Below, in pieces: positions 9,688 to 18,319 of a stretch of DNA of 64,000 bases (its first letter is position 1; the number at the start of each line of letters is the position of its first letter). Made by a program: the position numbers and the translations under genes. Below the pieces are notes generated by a model. The model had not been told where the DNA came from. It ran no database searches and saw nothing but the letters and a program-made list of their open reading frames with translations. The stretch comes from a virus. Lineage: Duplodnaviria; Caudoviricetes. Location of the stretch: IMG/VR virus record IMGVR_UViG_3300021387_000484, positions 36,089 through 100,088 of that record. One strand, written 5' to 3'.

Positions 9688-12600
9688 TTCTTGAAAGCCT
9701 CCTTGTAAGTAGCTTCCGCCGCCGCATACATATTGGGCGTTATCGCCTTGAGCAGTTCCAACTCACTCTCATGCCCGAAAGCCTTGAGCTCACAATAGTT
9801 TGCCCAATACTCTAAACATTTTGCGGACGCTCTCCCGCCCCCAGATGGGGTCAGCCAATAATCACGGCTATGACCACCGTAAAACATCAACCCACCACTG
9901 TATTCCTCTGTCAGTGCACTCACCGCATCACTGACCGCGCTGAGGTCCTGAACTATCTGCTGATGCCCCCATTCCATAAACTTTTTAAAGGCGTTGTCGC
10001 GTTCCTCGTCGTTTGCGAACCACCCATCACCGTTTGTCTTAAAACCGATGACTTTTGCCATCGCTTCAAAGTCTTCCTTTGCCCTCTTTCCACCATATGG
10101 CACAAGGTGTTCAAGGTTCATCGAAGCAGATGTTATTCTGATTTTCTGTCCGTCCATTGTGTCGTATTCTATGTCCACAGCACCGTCGTCAAGAGCATGC
10201 CCCATCTCATGGATGAATGTCTCTGCCCCTCGTATTGAACCGAAATAGACTTTTCCGTCCATTGGGTCAAAGTATGACGTTTGTCCCTCTTGCAACTTCT
10301 CGATATCCGTTTTTCTGAGGGTTTTTTCATAGACTGCCCTGACTTCATCAGGCATCGCCTTATAAGCTTCCCTCAGGCGCTGGACCTCATGCTGGCTTGC
10401 ACCGTTGAGTCCGAAATTGATATCAAAGAAATCACCTTCTACCTTCTGCCCGGACAGCATGGTCATGTTATCGCACAGGTCTCCGTCTTCAGATTCCCAG
10501 TCATTGTTGCCGCAATACCGGTAATTCCTGCCGTCCTTGCCAACTATGACGGTGCCTTCGCCGACCTCGGACAGGTCTTCTTTCTGCATGGTCACCTGTG
10601 CTTTTTCAAGGAGCGGTTTGTCTGCCTCCCAAGGGGAATCTTGGTTCCTGAAGTTCTTTGCGGCGTGCTTCCTTTGCGCCTCCTCTTTTTCCTCCTCTGA
10701 TTTAGCGGACTTGCTTATGTATGCCCGCGTTTCAGCTTCTCTGTCAAGAAAGATGTCCGTGATATCCCCGGACTTCCACGAACCGCTCTCGCCAGTCCCG
10801 TACTCGCGCCACCTTCCTGAGTCCGTCTTGATGTATCTATAGGATTCATCCCCGTCGGATGATTCAGGTACAGTGATAATCGAGCCTGTTTCTAAGGTAT
10901 CAAGCAGTTCTGCCACCTTCCTCTGGTCATCCCTGCGGGACTCGCTGGTAGATTTTTCCGCAATATCAGACAGTTCCTTGTTCAGTTTGCTCTTGGAGGG
11001 TTGGAAGAGCGGCATCTTCGTTTTTCCCACCTTTTTGGTGGTATTCTCACTTTCCGCATCCGGGAAAGACATGCCCTTCAGGTCGCCGCCGTTCTGAGCG
11101 GTCCCCTCATCGTCTATCAGGATGTGTGTCCCGTTGACGGTAATCCACTGCTCATCGTCGGCATGGATGTTCTTTCCAGTAATCGTCTGCACCAGCTTCT
11201 GGAAGCCGACCTCGAAAGGTCTGAACAGCCGCCCTGAGTGTTCTATCTCCTCAATGGCGGTAAACCTCGCCTGATGCATTTCCTCTTCGTCGCACTTTGG
11301 CGTCCCCTCATACCTGACACATAAGAACAGGTCGGGGCACAGGCCGTTCGTCTGCTTCTCGCCCTTGCCAAATGGTATCAGCTCCATGGGCGTTATGCCG
11401 AATTCTTCCTGTGTCTCACGGATGGCCGCCTGCCCCGGTGTCTCACCTTCTTCGATATGGCCGCCCGGACCGCAGATAAGGTGTTCGCCGTCGCCCGCGC
11501 CACGGACGCCTGTGAGTACCATGCCGTCCTTTATCACGTATACGCCGACTGCGCCCTGAGCGCCTGCGTCCATGCACGCCTCTTCCCTGACGCTGTCGCC
11601 GTAGGCTTTATACCCGGCCCCCGTGAAGGCTTTGTAGCGCTTGCCGTCCCTGCCGACTATCTCCTCGGTGTAAAGGTCGCTAATAGCCGGTTTTTGGCCG
11701 TCCTCGTCCTCTCTGGATGCCGTTCTGTAATCCCTTATAGAGATATCCCCCTTGCGGGTTCGGACCAGCCTAGAGCCGTGTGGCGGCCTTACAGGCACAT
11801 TGCCAAGCCATGCGCTCCTGAGTGTGTCTTCAGGTTCCTCTGTGCCGTGCCATGCTCTCTTTAAGGTGTCGTCTTCTGGCTTAACCCCAAACCACGCATT
11901 GCGCAGGGTATCAGCCGGGTCCTTCTTTACCTCGGGCTCTTCTTTTGGCTCTTCCTTGGGGGTGTTCCCAAGCCACGCGTTCCTGAGGGTGTCGCCGGGC
12001 AGGGGAGCCTTAGAGGGATTGATAATCCTCTCTGCCCCTTCCTGCTCGCCGCCCTGTGCTGTGATTCCAAGCCATGCGTTGCGCAGGGTATCCTCAGGCT
12101 CCGCGTCCTGATTCTTCTCTTCCTGTGGCTTTTCGGCCTCAGGCTTCTTTGCCGCAGGCTCCTTAGGCAGTGCCTTTGACCCTTCTGGCTTTATCATTTC
12201 AGACTTACCGGCAAGCTGTTGTTTCGCTTCATTTGCCTTTGCCTGTTCCTTGCCGCTCATATCTACCGGCAGTTTCGTGGCCGCTGGCGCCGCCGCAGGT
12301 GCGTTCCCGCCAAGGTCTGTATCCTTAGGTTTGCCGCCCTGTGCAAGCTCTGGCTTTACGCCCGCTTTCTTCGGGTCTGCCTTGGGCTGTACCTTGCCAG
12401 ACGGAACTCCGCCCATAGGGTCTTTTTCACCCGCTGGCATCCCCTCTGGCTGTTGTGCTTTTGGCTTTTCTCCGCTCTCTGGCGCGCCCTCAGCAGATGC
12501 TCCTTCAGGCGGCATCATACCCGGCATACCGCCCGGTGCTCCGCCTTCTGCGCCCGGCATACCGCCGCCCATACCCGGCATTCCTTCCATGCCCGGCATA

Positions 12601-14048
12601 CCGCCGCCCTCTGCCTGCTTCTTCATGGGGTCGTTCTCTTCCAACTCTTCCTCGGTATACTCGTCAAGCATGGTCTCGACATCGAATTCCTCGGAATCAG
12701 CAAGCTTCTTTCTGACCTCGGACGGGTCAAGGGCCTGCATCTGGACGTATACCATAGCGGTATTTGCCTTGGTGTTCTCCACCTGTGCCCGCATCTGGTC
12801 AAGGGATACTTCCTCCTGCTCAGACAAGGACCACAGTGGGTTAAATTCCACCTTTATCGGCGGGACTTCGTCTATCTCACCGGACAAAACCCCCGCCTGA
12901 AAGATGATGGAAAGAAGATACCTCAGGTTCTTCTTGAGCATCCGCTTCTGGATGCGCTCCACGTAGTTGTACCAGTTCTCAAGGTCGCCCATGCCTGTAG
13001 AGTTCATCCCCGCCGGTGACCTGCCGAACAGGATGGTCTGCGGAATGGATGTCAGTGCCGACAGGAAGTTGCATGTCGTGTCGATGACCTCGGAAACGCC
13101 CGTGAATGAAAATTGCCTGAAGCTGTAATCCTCTCCCTCGCTGTCAATGGTGATGGAGTTCAAAAGCCCCCTCGCCATGTCGATGGTCTGAAGGCGCCTC
13201 AGCACTCTGTCCTCGCCTTCTTCGGTAGCAAGCTCAGCAGACAGGTCCTTCATGGAGTAGACCGCCTGTATGGACCTGTCGAGCATCTTCGGTGCAGTGC
13301 CGTGGGCTATCTCCGCATCCCTTATCGCTTTTTTGAGACGCACGTACTCGGGCATGCCCCAAAGCTGATAATAGGAATTGGACGTGTTCTCGGGCAGTAT
13401 CCCGTTCTGGAATACAAGGCATCTGGAATCGTGCACCCTGAAATTCCCGTACTTGCTGAACACGTCATAGTATTCAGGCATCCCCAGCCTGCTACCTCTG
13501 GTCCCGAACGGGTCATCCGGGTCATAGGAGAACATAGTGCTGTAGTCTGGCTGTATCAGGGACCGGTCATACACCCGTATATCGTCTATGGACTTGATGT
13601 TCCTCCAGTCAAGGGGCTCGTCAACGCCCCTGCCGTCATTAATCATCAGAACGGCTATGGAACCTCCAAAGAGCCTTGCCCACTTGATGCAGGTCATGGC
13701 CGTCTCTTCCCAGTCCAGTTCGTCAAGGGCCTCCATGTAGAAGTCCTCTATCTCTTGGTCTTTTACGTCCTTGAGCTCAAACCCGTGCTTTATCGCCTCC
13801 TCTGCGGGAGCGTCAATGATTTTTGAAAAAAGCCCGTTCCCCTCGTAGAACATGGTCAGTTCGTCGTCGGGAATCGGCGGCTCCTGCTTGAATTCATACC
13901 GTTCCGAAGAATCTCTCGAAGTGCCGTACTTTGTGAGCAGGTTGACGTAACCGTCCATCCGGTAGGGCCTGACGACTCTGCCGGTCTGCTTCCGTATTAA
14001 ATCTGTATAGCGTCTCAGTGAGTCTATCTTTTCCTGCCTGCTTGCCAT
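9684..14048 (-). CDS. Portal protein (DUF1073-like) fused to low-complexity/repeat linker, NUDIX hydrolase and HExxH metallopeptidase
   Basis: Follows TerL; KIIDAPAEEA, WARLFGG, IPQTILFGRSPAGMNSTG..DLENWY, FNPLW; NUDIX box GGHIEEGETPGQAAIRETQEEFG; FIHEMGHALD. Confidence 0.9.
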   Translation of the reverse strand: MASRQEKIDSLRRYTDLIRKQTGRVVRPYRMDGYVNLLTKYGTSRDSSERYEFKQEPPIPDDELTMFYEGNGLFSKIIDAPAEEAIKHGFELKDVKDQEIEDFYMEALDELDWEETAMTCIKWARLFGGSIAVLMINDGRGVDEPLDWRNIKSIDDIRVYDRSLIQPDYSTMFSYDPDDPFGTRGSRLGMPEYYDVFSKYGNFRVHDSRCLVFQNGILPENTSNSYYQLWGMPEYVRLKKAIRDAEIAHGTAPKMLDRSIQAVYSMKDLSAELATEEGEDRVLRRLQTIDMARGLLNSITIDSEGEDYSFRQFSFTGVSEVIDTTCNFLSALTSIPQTILFGRSPAGMNSTGMGDLENWYNYVERIQKRMLKKNLRYLLSIIFQAGVLSGEIDEVPPIKVEFNPLWSLSEQEEVSLDQMRAQVENTKANTAMVYVQMQALDPSEVRKKLADSEEFDVETMLDEYTEEELEENDPMKKQAEGGGMPGMEGMPGMGGGMPGAEGGAPGGMPGMMPPEGASAEGAPESGEKPKAQQPEGMPAGEKDPMGGVPSGKVQPKADPKKAGVKPELAQGGKPKDTDLGGNAPAAAPAATKLPVDMSGKEQAKANEAKQQLAGKSEMIKPEGSKALPKEPAAKKPEAEKPQEEKNQDAEPEDTLRNAWLGITAQGGEQEGAERIINPSKAPLPGDTLRNAWLGNTPKEEPKEEPEVKKDPADTLRNAWFGVKPEDDTLKRAWHGTEEPEDTLRSAWLGNVPVRPPHGSRLVRTRKGDISIRDYRTASREDEDGQKPAISDLYTEEIVGRDGKRYKAFTGAGYKAYGDSVREEACMDAGAQGAVGVYVIKDGMVLTGVRGAGDGEHLICGPGGHIEEGETPGQAAIRETQEEFGITPMELIPFGKGEKQTNGLCPDLFLCVRYEGTPKCDEEEMHQARFTAIEEIEHSGRLFRPFEVGFQKLVQTITGKNIHADDEQWITVNGTHILIDDEGTAQNGGDLKGMSFPDAESENTTKKVGKTKMPLFQPSKSKLNKELSDIAEKSTSESRRDDQRKVAELLDTLETGSIITVPESSDGDESYRYIKTDSGRWREYGTGESGSWKSGDITDIFLDREAETRAYISKSAKSEEEKEEAQRKHAAKNFRNQDSPWEADKPLLEKAQVTMQKEDLSEVGEGTVIVGKDGRNYRYCGNNDWESEDGDLCDNMTMLSGQKVEGDFFDINFGLNGASQHEVQRLREAYKAMPDEVRAVYEKTLRKTDIEKLQEGQTSYFDPMDGKVYFGSIRGAETFIHEMGHALDDGAVDIEYDTMDGQKIRITSASMNLEHLVPYGGKRAKEDFEAMAKVIGFKTNGDGWFANDEERDNAFKKFMEWGHQQIVQDLSAVSDAVSALTEEYSGGLMFYGGHSRDYWLTPSGGGRASAKCLEYWANYCELKAFGHESELELLKAITPNMYAAAEATYKEAFKK
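11790..12095 (-). repeat. Five DTL[RK]xAWxG peptide repeats in portal linker
   Basis: EDTLRNAWLG, GDTLRNAWLG, ADTLRNAWFG, DDTLKRAWHG, EDTLRSAWLG. Confidence 0.85.
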
Positions 14049-14069
14049 GCTCTCTCCTTACGGCGCATG

Positions 14070-14098
14070 AAAAAAGGAGGCTGTGCGCCTCCCTCTTT
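14070..14098 (-). terminator. Intrinsic terminator upstream of portal
   Basis: GGAGGC..GCCTCC hairpin followed by a T run on the minus strand. Confidence 0.6.
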
Positions 14099-14137
14099 CC
14101 CGTATCTTATGTATGTGCCCTCGCGGGCCGTTCCGTG

Positions 14138-14449
14138 TTACTCCAAATCATCCTCGTCATCGTCATCGTCTTCCCGTTCGGGAAGGTCGTCGTAGACCTC
14201 GTTCATGCAATCAAGCATGTACTCAAGCCTCTGCTGTGCGTCCAGCGCCGCCCTGACGTTCTCTGTGACCTTCACGTCGTCATGCCCGCCGAAGTGCTTG
14301 TTCAGCTCCTCGACGGAGTTGTCCTCGAAGAATCCCTCAGGGAGCGTGTCCAGATAGTCGACGATAGCGTCGAAGACTTCCAGTTCCGCATCCGACAGCG
14401 CGTTCACTTTCTTCTTGGCTTCAGCCGCCAGCTTCGTAAGTTCACCCAT
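14138..14449 (-). CDS. Highly acidic small protein
   Basis: 103 aa, D/E-rich tail, GGAGG RBS. Confidence 0.7.
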   Translation of the reverse strand: MGELTKLAAEAKKKVNALSDAELEVFDAIVDYLDTLPEGFFEDNSVEELNKHFGGHDDVKVTENVRAALDAQQRLEYMLDCMNEVYDDLPEREDDDDDEDDLE

Positions 14450-14464
14450 ATAAACCTCCTCCTC

Positions 14465-15010
14465 TTATAACTTGGACCTTCTCTCGGCGGTCTTTCCACC
14501 CCTGCTCTTGTTGCCGCCCCTCGTGGTGCGGTTGGGGAAAGCATACTGGATAGCCGCCCTTGTACCGGAGATTTTGGATACGCTGGACTCTCTCGCCCTC
14601 TTGCCGCGTCCCTTGACATCCTTGAGGATGTTCGCGCTTGCATGCTCATCAATCTGCCTTACGACCTGATAGCCCTTCTTCCCGGCGTTCTTCACATTAG
14701 CGGACTTGACGTTCATGTTTACCTTGCCCATGCGCTTCTGCGCGCGGGCAAGTGCCTTCGGGCTCCGCATCTGCATGGCAAGGGAATGAGCCTCTTTCAT
14801 TTCGCGCCTCACCTTTGCCTGAGAAGTGTACGTTTTTGAAACAGTCTTCAGCATGCGGAAGCCCCTGCCGCCTCCGGGAGCCGACCCGCCTTTATGTCCG
14901 GGTACGCCGACGTGTCCCCAGTTGCCGCTTCCTTCACCGCCATCTTCACGCCTGCGTCTTTTCAGGCTCTTCCTTATCGTTTCCACTTTCCTGAGAGTCC
15001 TTGTTTCCAT
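14465..15010 (-). CDS. Highly basic head-region protein with GGxGSGNxGH motif
   Basis: Start METR after AGGAGG; RRED-GGEGSGNWGHVGVPGHKGGSAPGGG, K/R-rich. Confidence 0.75.
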   Translation of the reverse strand: METRTLRKVETIRKSLKRRRREDGGEGSGNWGHVGVPGHKGGSAPGGGRGFRMLKTVSKTYTSQAKVRREMKEAHSLAMQMRSPKALARAQKRMGKVNMNVKSANVKNAGKKGYQVVRQIDEHASANILKDVKGRGKRARESSVSKISGTRAAIQYAFPNRTTRGGNKSRGGKTAERRSKL

Positions 15011-15091
15011 CGCTCCTCCTTTTGTAGTATAGCGCATAAAGCGCACGTGCCAATTCAATTTCGCGCGTTTTGCCGATTTTTTTAAAACTTT

Positions 15092-17272
15092 TTACAACAT
15101 ATTTCTGAGGCTGAACGTGGGCTTCGCAAGTTCATTGAACGCATCAGAGCTGGCATCTACCATGTCATCATGCGCGCCCTGCGGAAAGCTCTCAAGCTGG
15201 TTGAAGAACATCTCATTCCAGTCCGCCGCAAGAACATACACGTTGCCGACCTGCCACTGCGCCGCAAAAGGGGTCGCCCTCTGTTCCTTGCTACCCGATA
15301 CGGGGTACGCCTTTACCGGGAACCCTGACAGCATCTTGATAAAGTTCTGCGCAAGAATCTTCCCCGCCGCGCCCGGGTCCTGAGGAATGCGAATCTTGCA
15401 CTTTAGTCCGTATTTCTTCCTGTCTGAGACAGCTGTGTTGTATATCAGCTTTTCCACTTCTGCGGCAGGCAGTCTCTTGTTGATAACGTCCATGACCACG
15501 ACCGACTTGTCTTTCCTGAGCCCCAAGAGGGCGCCAGCCGTGTAGTCGGGGTCGCCGCTCTCCTTGTCTGCCGTAGCCGCTATATCCCATGCCCGGCAGT
15601 ACAGCTCTAAATCGGATGGAAGGTCTAGGAGCACCTGAACCTGAGTCCTCTTGAAATACCTTCCTGCGGCAGACTTAATCTTCCAGTTGCCCTTTAAGAG
15701 CCGTTCGCGCTCGACCTCTGGAAGAGACTTTAAGGACGCCAGATACTGCGGGTTGACCTTTAAGAGCTCCTTATTGTCGTAGATACTCGACATGATGAAG
15801 GTCACTGACCTCGGCTCATCCTTTTCCTCTTCGGTCTTTAAGTCGAACCGTTCCCACAGCTCTTCCTTCGTATCAGCCCAGTTGATAATCCCGTCACGCC
15901 TGACGAACCACCGAATCTTCCCGCTCCGTTCTGGTATCGGATACCCTGTATCTTGGTCTATCCACCACTCGATGAACTTGGCTACCCACGAGTCCGCATC
16001 CGGGTTGCAGGTCGCCCTTATAAAAGGCTTTACGCCGCACGTGGAACGGTTACGGGACATCATGTAGAAGAATGTTGCTTCATCAAAATGAGTTAATTCA
16101 TCGAATCCTATTTCGCAAAGTTGTGAGCCCTGCCAGTCGTCGACACCGCTGTAATTCTCTATATGAGCAAAGGTCACCTTCGATATGGGGAGTCCGTCAT
16201 TATCATTGAATTCCCACGATGTGTTTACCTTCTTCATCTGAGCATTCGGTATCAAGCCGTAGATAGATTGCGCAGTGTCCCAGAGACCGCCGGGTGAGAA
16301 GACCTGTTTGAACGTTCTTCGGAAAATCGTGCAGTTGAACCCCTGTACACCCTTATACATAAGGGGTGTCAAGAGAAGCCCATGCGTGTTGTGGGTGACT
16401 ACAAAGTCCTTGGTCACATACAGCCCGTCAGGCTCGTCCACTCTGATGCACTGGCACTCCTCTTCCCCACAGGGTTTGATTGATAGGATTCTTCTATTTA
16501 GGTTTCCCCGGGTCCTGTCCTTCAGAACTGCCTTCATCCGTGGGAACAGCTCGGAATCATCCTTTGTCAGGATGTCGACCAGAAAGCCCCCTGAGGCTTC
16601 CCGCTTTATATAGGCCATGCCGCCTATCGACCAGACCAGCCACTGCATGTCTTTTGCAAGCTTTTCTGAACTGGTGTATAGCCCGCATCTGCCTTCTTCG
16701 GATATCCGCCCGCCCTTATCCATCAGTCCCTGTATGAGCGATACACGGTCTTGTGGCGGGGCGTATTTGTACCGGACAGGAATGTGCTTTGCCTTGTCCT
16801 CAACGCACTCATCCGCAAGATATGTCCCTAGGGCGTATGGTATCAATGAACCCGCCGGTCCCCTGTTTTCGAACTGAACAGCCCCGCAAAGGGGGGTTTG
16901 ATAATCTTTACCCTGAGCCAGCCCGTCGATGATGGCACTTGTGGTCATCACCTTTCCGTTTACGAACCACAGGTGGTCTTTTGTACACCTCGTCTGCGCC
17001 CCGTCCTCGAACAGCACTCTGTAGACAGCCTTTTTGCCCTGAGGGAAGGTCTGCACGACCGTGGTCTGCCTTCCCGTCGCCGATATGACCTTGTCACCGG
17101 CCTTTATGGACCCCATCGGCCTGAATCCAAACGGTGTAAGAACGGGTTCGCTAAGCGGCTGTGCCTTTCCCCCGCCCGCCGAACCGCCGAATATGCAGAT
17201 ATCAGCCTCTGTCGCAAGGAAGTCCCACTGTGGTCCCGGCTGTGGCCTAATGGTAATCTTATTCTTCGCCAT
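15092..17272 (-). CDS. terL: Terminase large subunit containing an intein
   Basis: GGSAGGGK(T) Walker A, IGFDELTHF Walker B, RATCNP, RAWDIAA, HDDMVDA nuclease motifs. Confidence 0.95.
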   Translation of the reverse strand: MAKNKITIRPQPGPQWDFLATEADICIFGGSAGGGKAQPLSEPVLTPFGFRPMGSIKAGDKVISATGRQTTVVQTFPQGKKAVYRVLFEDGAQTRCTKDHLWFVNGKVMTTSAIIDGLAQGKDYQTPLCGAVQFENRGPAGSLIPYALGTYLADECVEDKAKHIPVRYKYAPPQDRVSLIQGLMDKGGRISEEGRCGLYTSSEKLAKDMQWLVWSIGGMAYIKREASGGFLVDILTKDDSELFPRMKAVLKDRTRGNLNRRILSIKPCGEEECQCIRVDEPDGLYVTKDFVVTHNTHGLLLTPLMYKGVQGFNCTIFRRTFKQVFSPGGLWDTAQSIYGLIPNAQMKKVNTSWEFNDNDGLPISKVTFAHIENYSGVDDWQGSQLCEIGFDELTHFDEATFFYMMSRNRSTCGVKPFIRATCNPDADSWVAKFIEWWIDQDTGYPIPERSGKIRWFVRRDGIINWADTKEELWERFDLKTEEEKDEPRSVTFIMSSIYDNKELLKVNPQYLASLKSLPEVERERLLKGNWKIKSAAGRYFKRTQVQVLLDLPSDLELYCRAWDIAATADKESGDPDYTAGALLGLRKDKSVVVMDVINKRLPAAEVEKLIYNTAVSDRKKYGLKCKIRIPQDPGAAGKILAQNFIKMLSGFPVKAYPVSGSKEQRATPFAAQWQVGNVYVLAADWNEMFFNQLESFPQGAHDDMVDASSDAFNELAKPTFSLRNML
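16388..17164 (-). mobile_element. Class-3-type intein (259 aa) with degenerate LAGLIDADG, inserted in TerL Walker A
   Basis: Begins AQPL, block B TKDHLW, block F CQCI, ends VVTHN|T; LAGLIDADG motifs degraded (YLADEC, LMDKGG). Confidence 0.9.
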
Positions 17273-17792
17273 GGTATTCTTCGGCTTCTACGACCCTTGT
17301 CCCTTCTATTCTCTCCTGCCTCTTGTTGTGGGGCAGTACGATGACCACGTCCGTATCCGACTCGTTGTGTGCCTCAAGCTGTACTTCCTGCCTCTGCGTC
17401 CATACTCCGCGCTTTCTGTTGTTGAGCCAGTACATGATAGCCGTAGTATCGGGCGGCACCTGCTTGACCTTTGTCTTATGCCCGACCACTTTGGTGTTGC
17501 CATCGTCGTCAACGGCATAGACAAACTCCGTCTCCTCGGTAGTGCATCCCAGTGCCCTCTGGTACAGGCTCTTCTCTACGTTCGCGTCGGCCTTGGCTTT
17601 AGCGTCTTCTATCGCCTCCCGAAGCTCAGGAAACGTGCTCTTCCACCTGTGGAGGGTCCACCGTGCGATTCCGAAAGCCTCGGCTATCTCTTCGTCTGTA
17701 GCCCCCTTTACCGCCAATGACCATGCCCAGTCAACGTGGTACTCCGGGTTGTATTTGGATTTGTTGCCTGACCTGCCAGCGACACCTGACAT
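17259..17792 (-). CDS. terS: Terminase small subunit
   Basis: N-terminal HTH (EIAEAFGIARWTLHRW), VEKSLYQRALG, PPDTTAIMYWLNNR; overlaps terL. Confidence 0.88.
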   Translation of the reverse strand: MSGVAGRSGNKSKYNPEYHVDWAWSLAVKGATDEEIAEAFGIARWTLHRWKSTFPELREAIEDAKAKADANVEKSLYQRALGCTTEETEFVYAVDDDGNTKVVGHKTKVKQVPPDTTAIMYWLNNRKRGVWTQRQEVQLEAHNESDTDVVIVLPHNKRQERIEGTRVVEAEEYHGEE

Positions 17793-17825
17793 GATTCCAC
17801 CTTCCTCCTATGCTTTTGAGCACAT

Positions 17826-17854
17826 AAAAAAACAGGGTTTTCAGCCCTGTTTTT
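17826..17854. terminator. Bidirectional intrinsic terminator upstream of terS
   Basis: AAAAAACAGGG-ttttcag-CCCTGTTTTT. Confidence 0.7.
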
Positions 17855-18072
17855 CCTCGCAAATATCATTTTTCTGAATCAATTCATAATTGGTGTCACT
17901 AAAAATGAATTAGTGAACACATATGGATTATAAGAGCAGGTGTGAGCCTGCCCTTTCACTTTCCTTTTTATGCCTTTAAATGGCCCCGAAGTAAAAATTT
18001 TCCCGGGCCTGTATAAGACTCACTTTCCTTTTTTTGTCATTTATAGAATGCCAGCCAGAATCAGCAGTAGCG

Positions 18073-18318
18073 TCATCCCCCGCAGTATCCAACGTCTGCG
18101 GCGGCGTCGTCAGCCGGGACCTTGTCCTTGAAATACCTCTCGATAAAGAGCTTCCTCTCCTCACACTGTTCCCTTGCCTGCTGTTCTGTGTAGTTCCAAG
18201 AGCTGTAGACAAGGCATGTGACGATATCCTCTATATATTCGGAGATATCTTTGTAGTCAAGGAAAGTGCATCTTTCCTCACAGAACCTATCGGCCTCTTC
18301 CTCTGTCATTTTCCGCAT
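18073..18318 (-). CDS. Small acidic protein downstream of GNAT-like gene
   Basis: 81-aa ORF directly after stop of 18320..19159. Confidence 0.65.
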   Translation of the reverse strand: MRKMTEEEADRFCEERCTFLDYKDISEYIEDIVTCLVYSSWNYTEQQAREQCEERKLFIERYFKDKVPADDAAADVGYCGG

Positions 18319-18319
18319 A

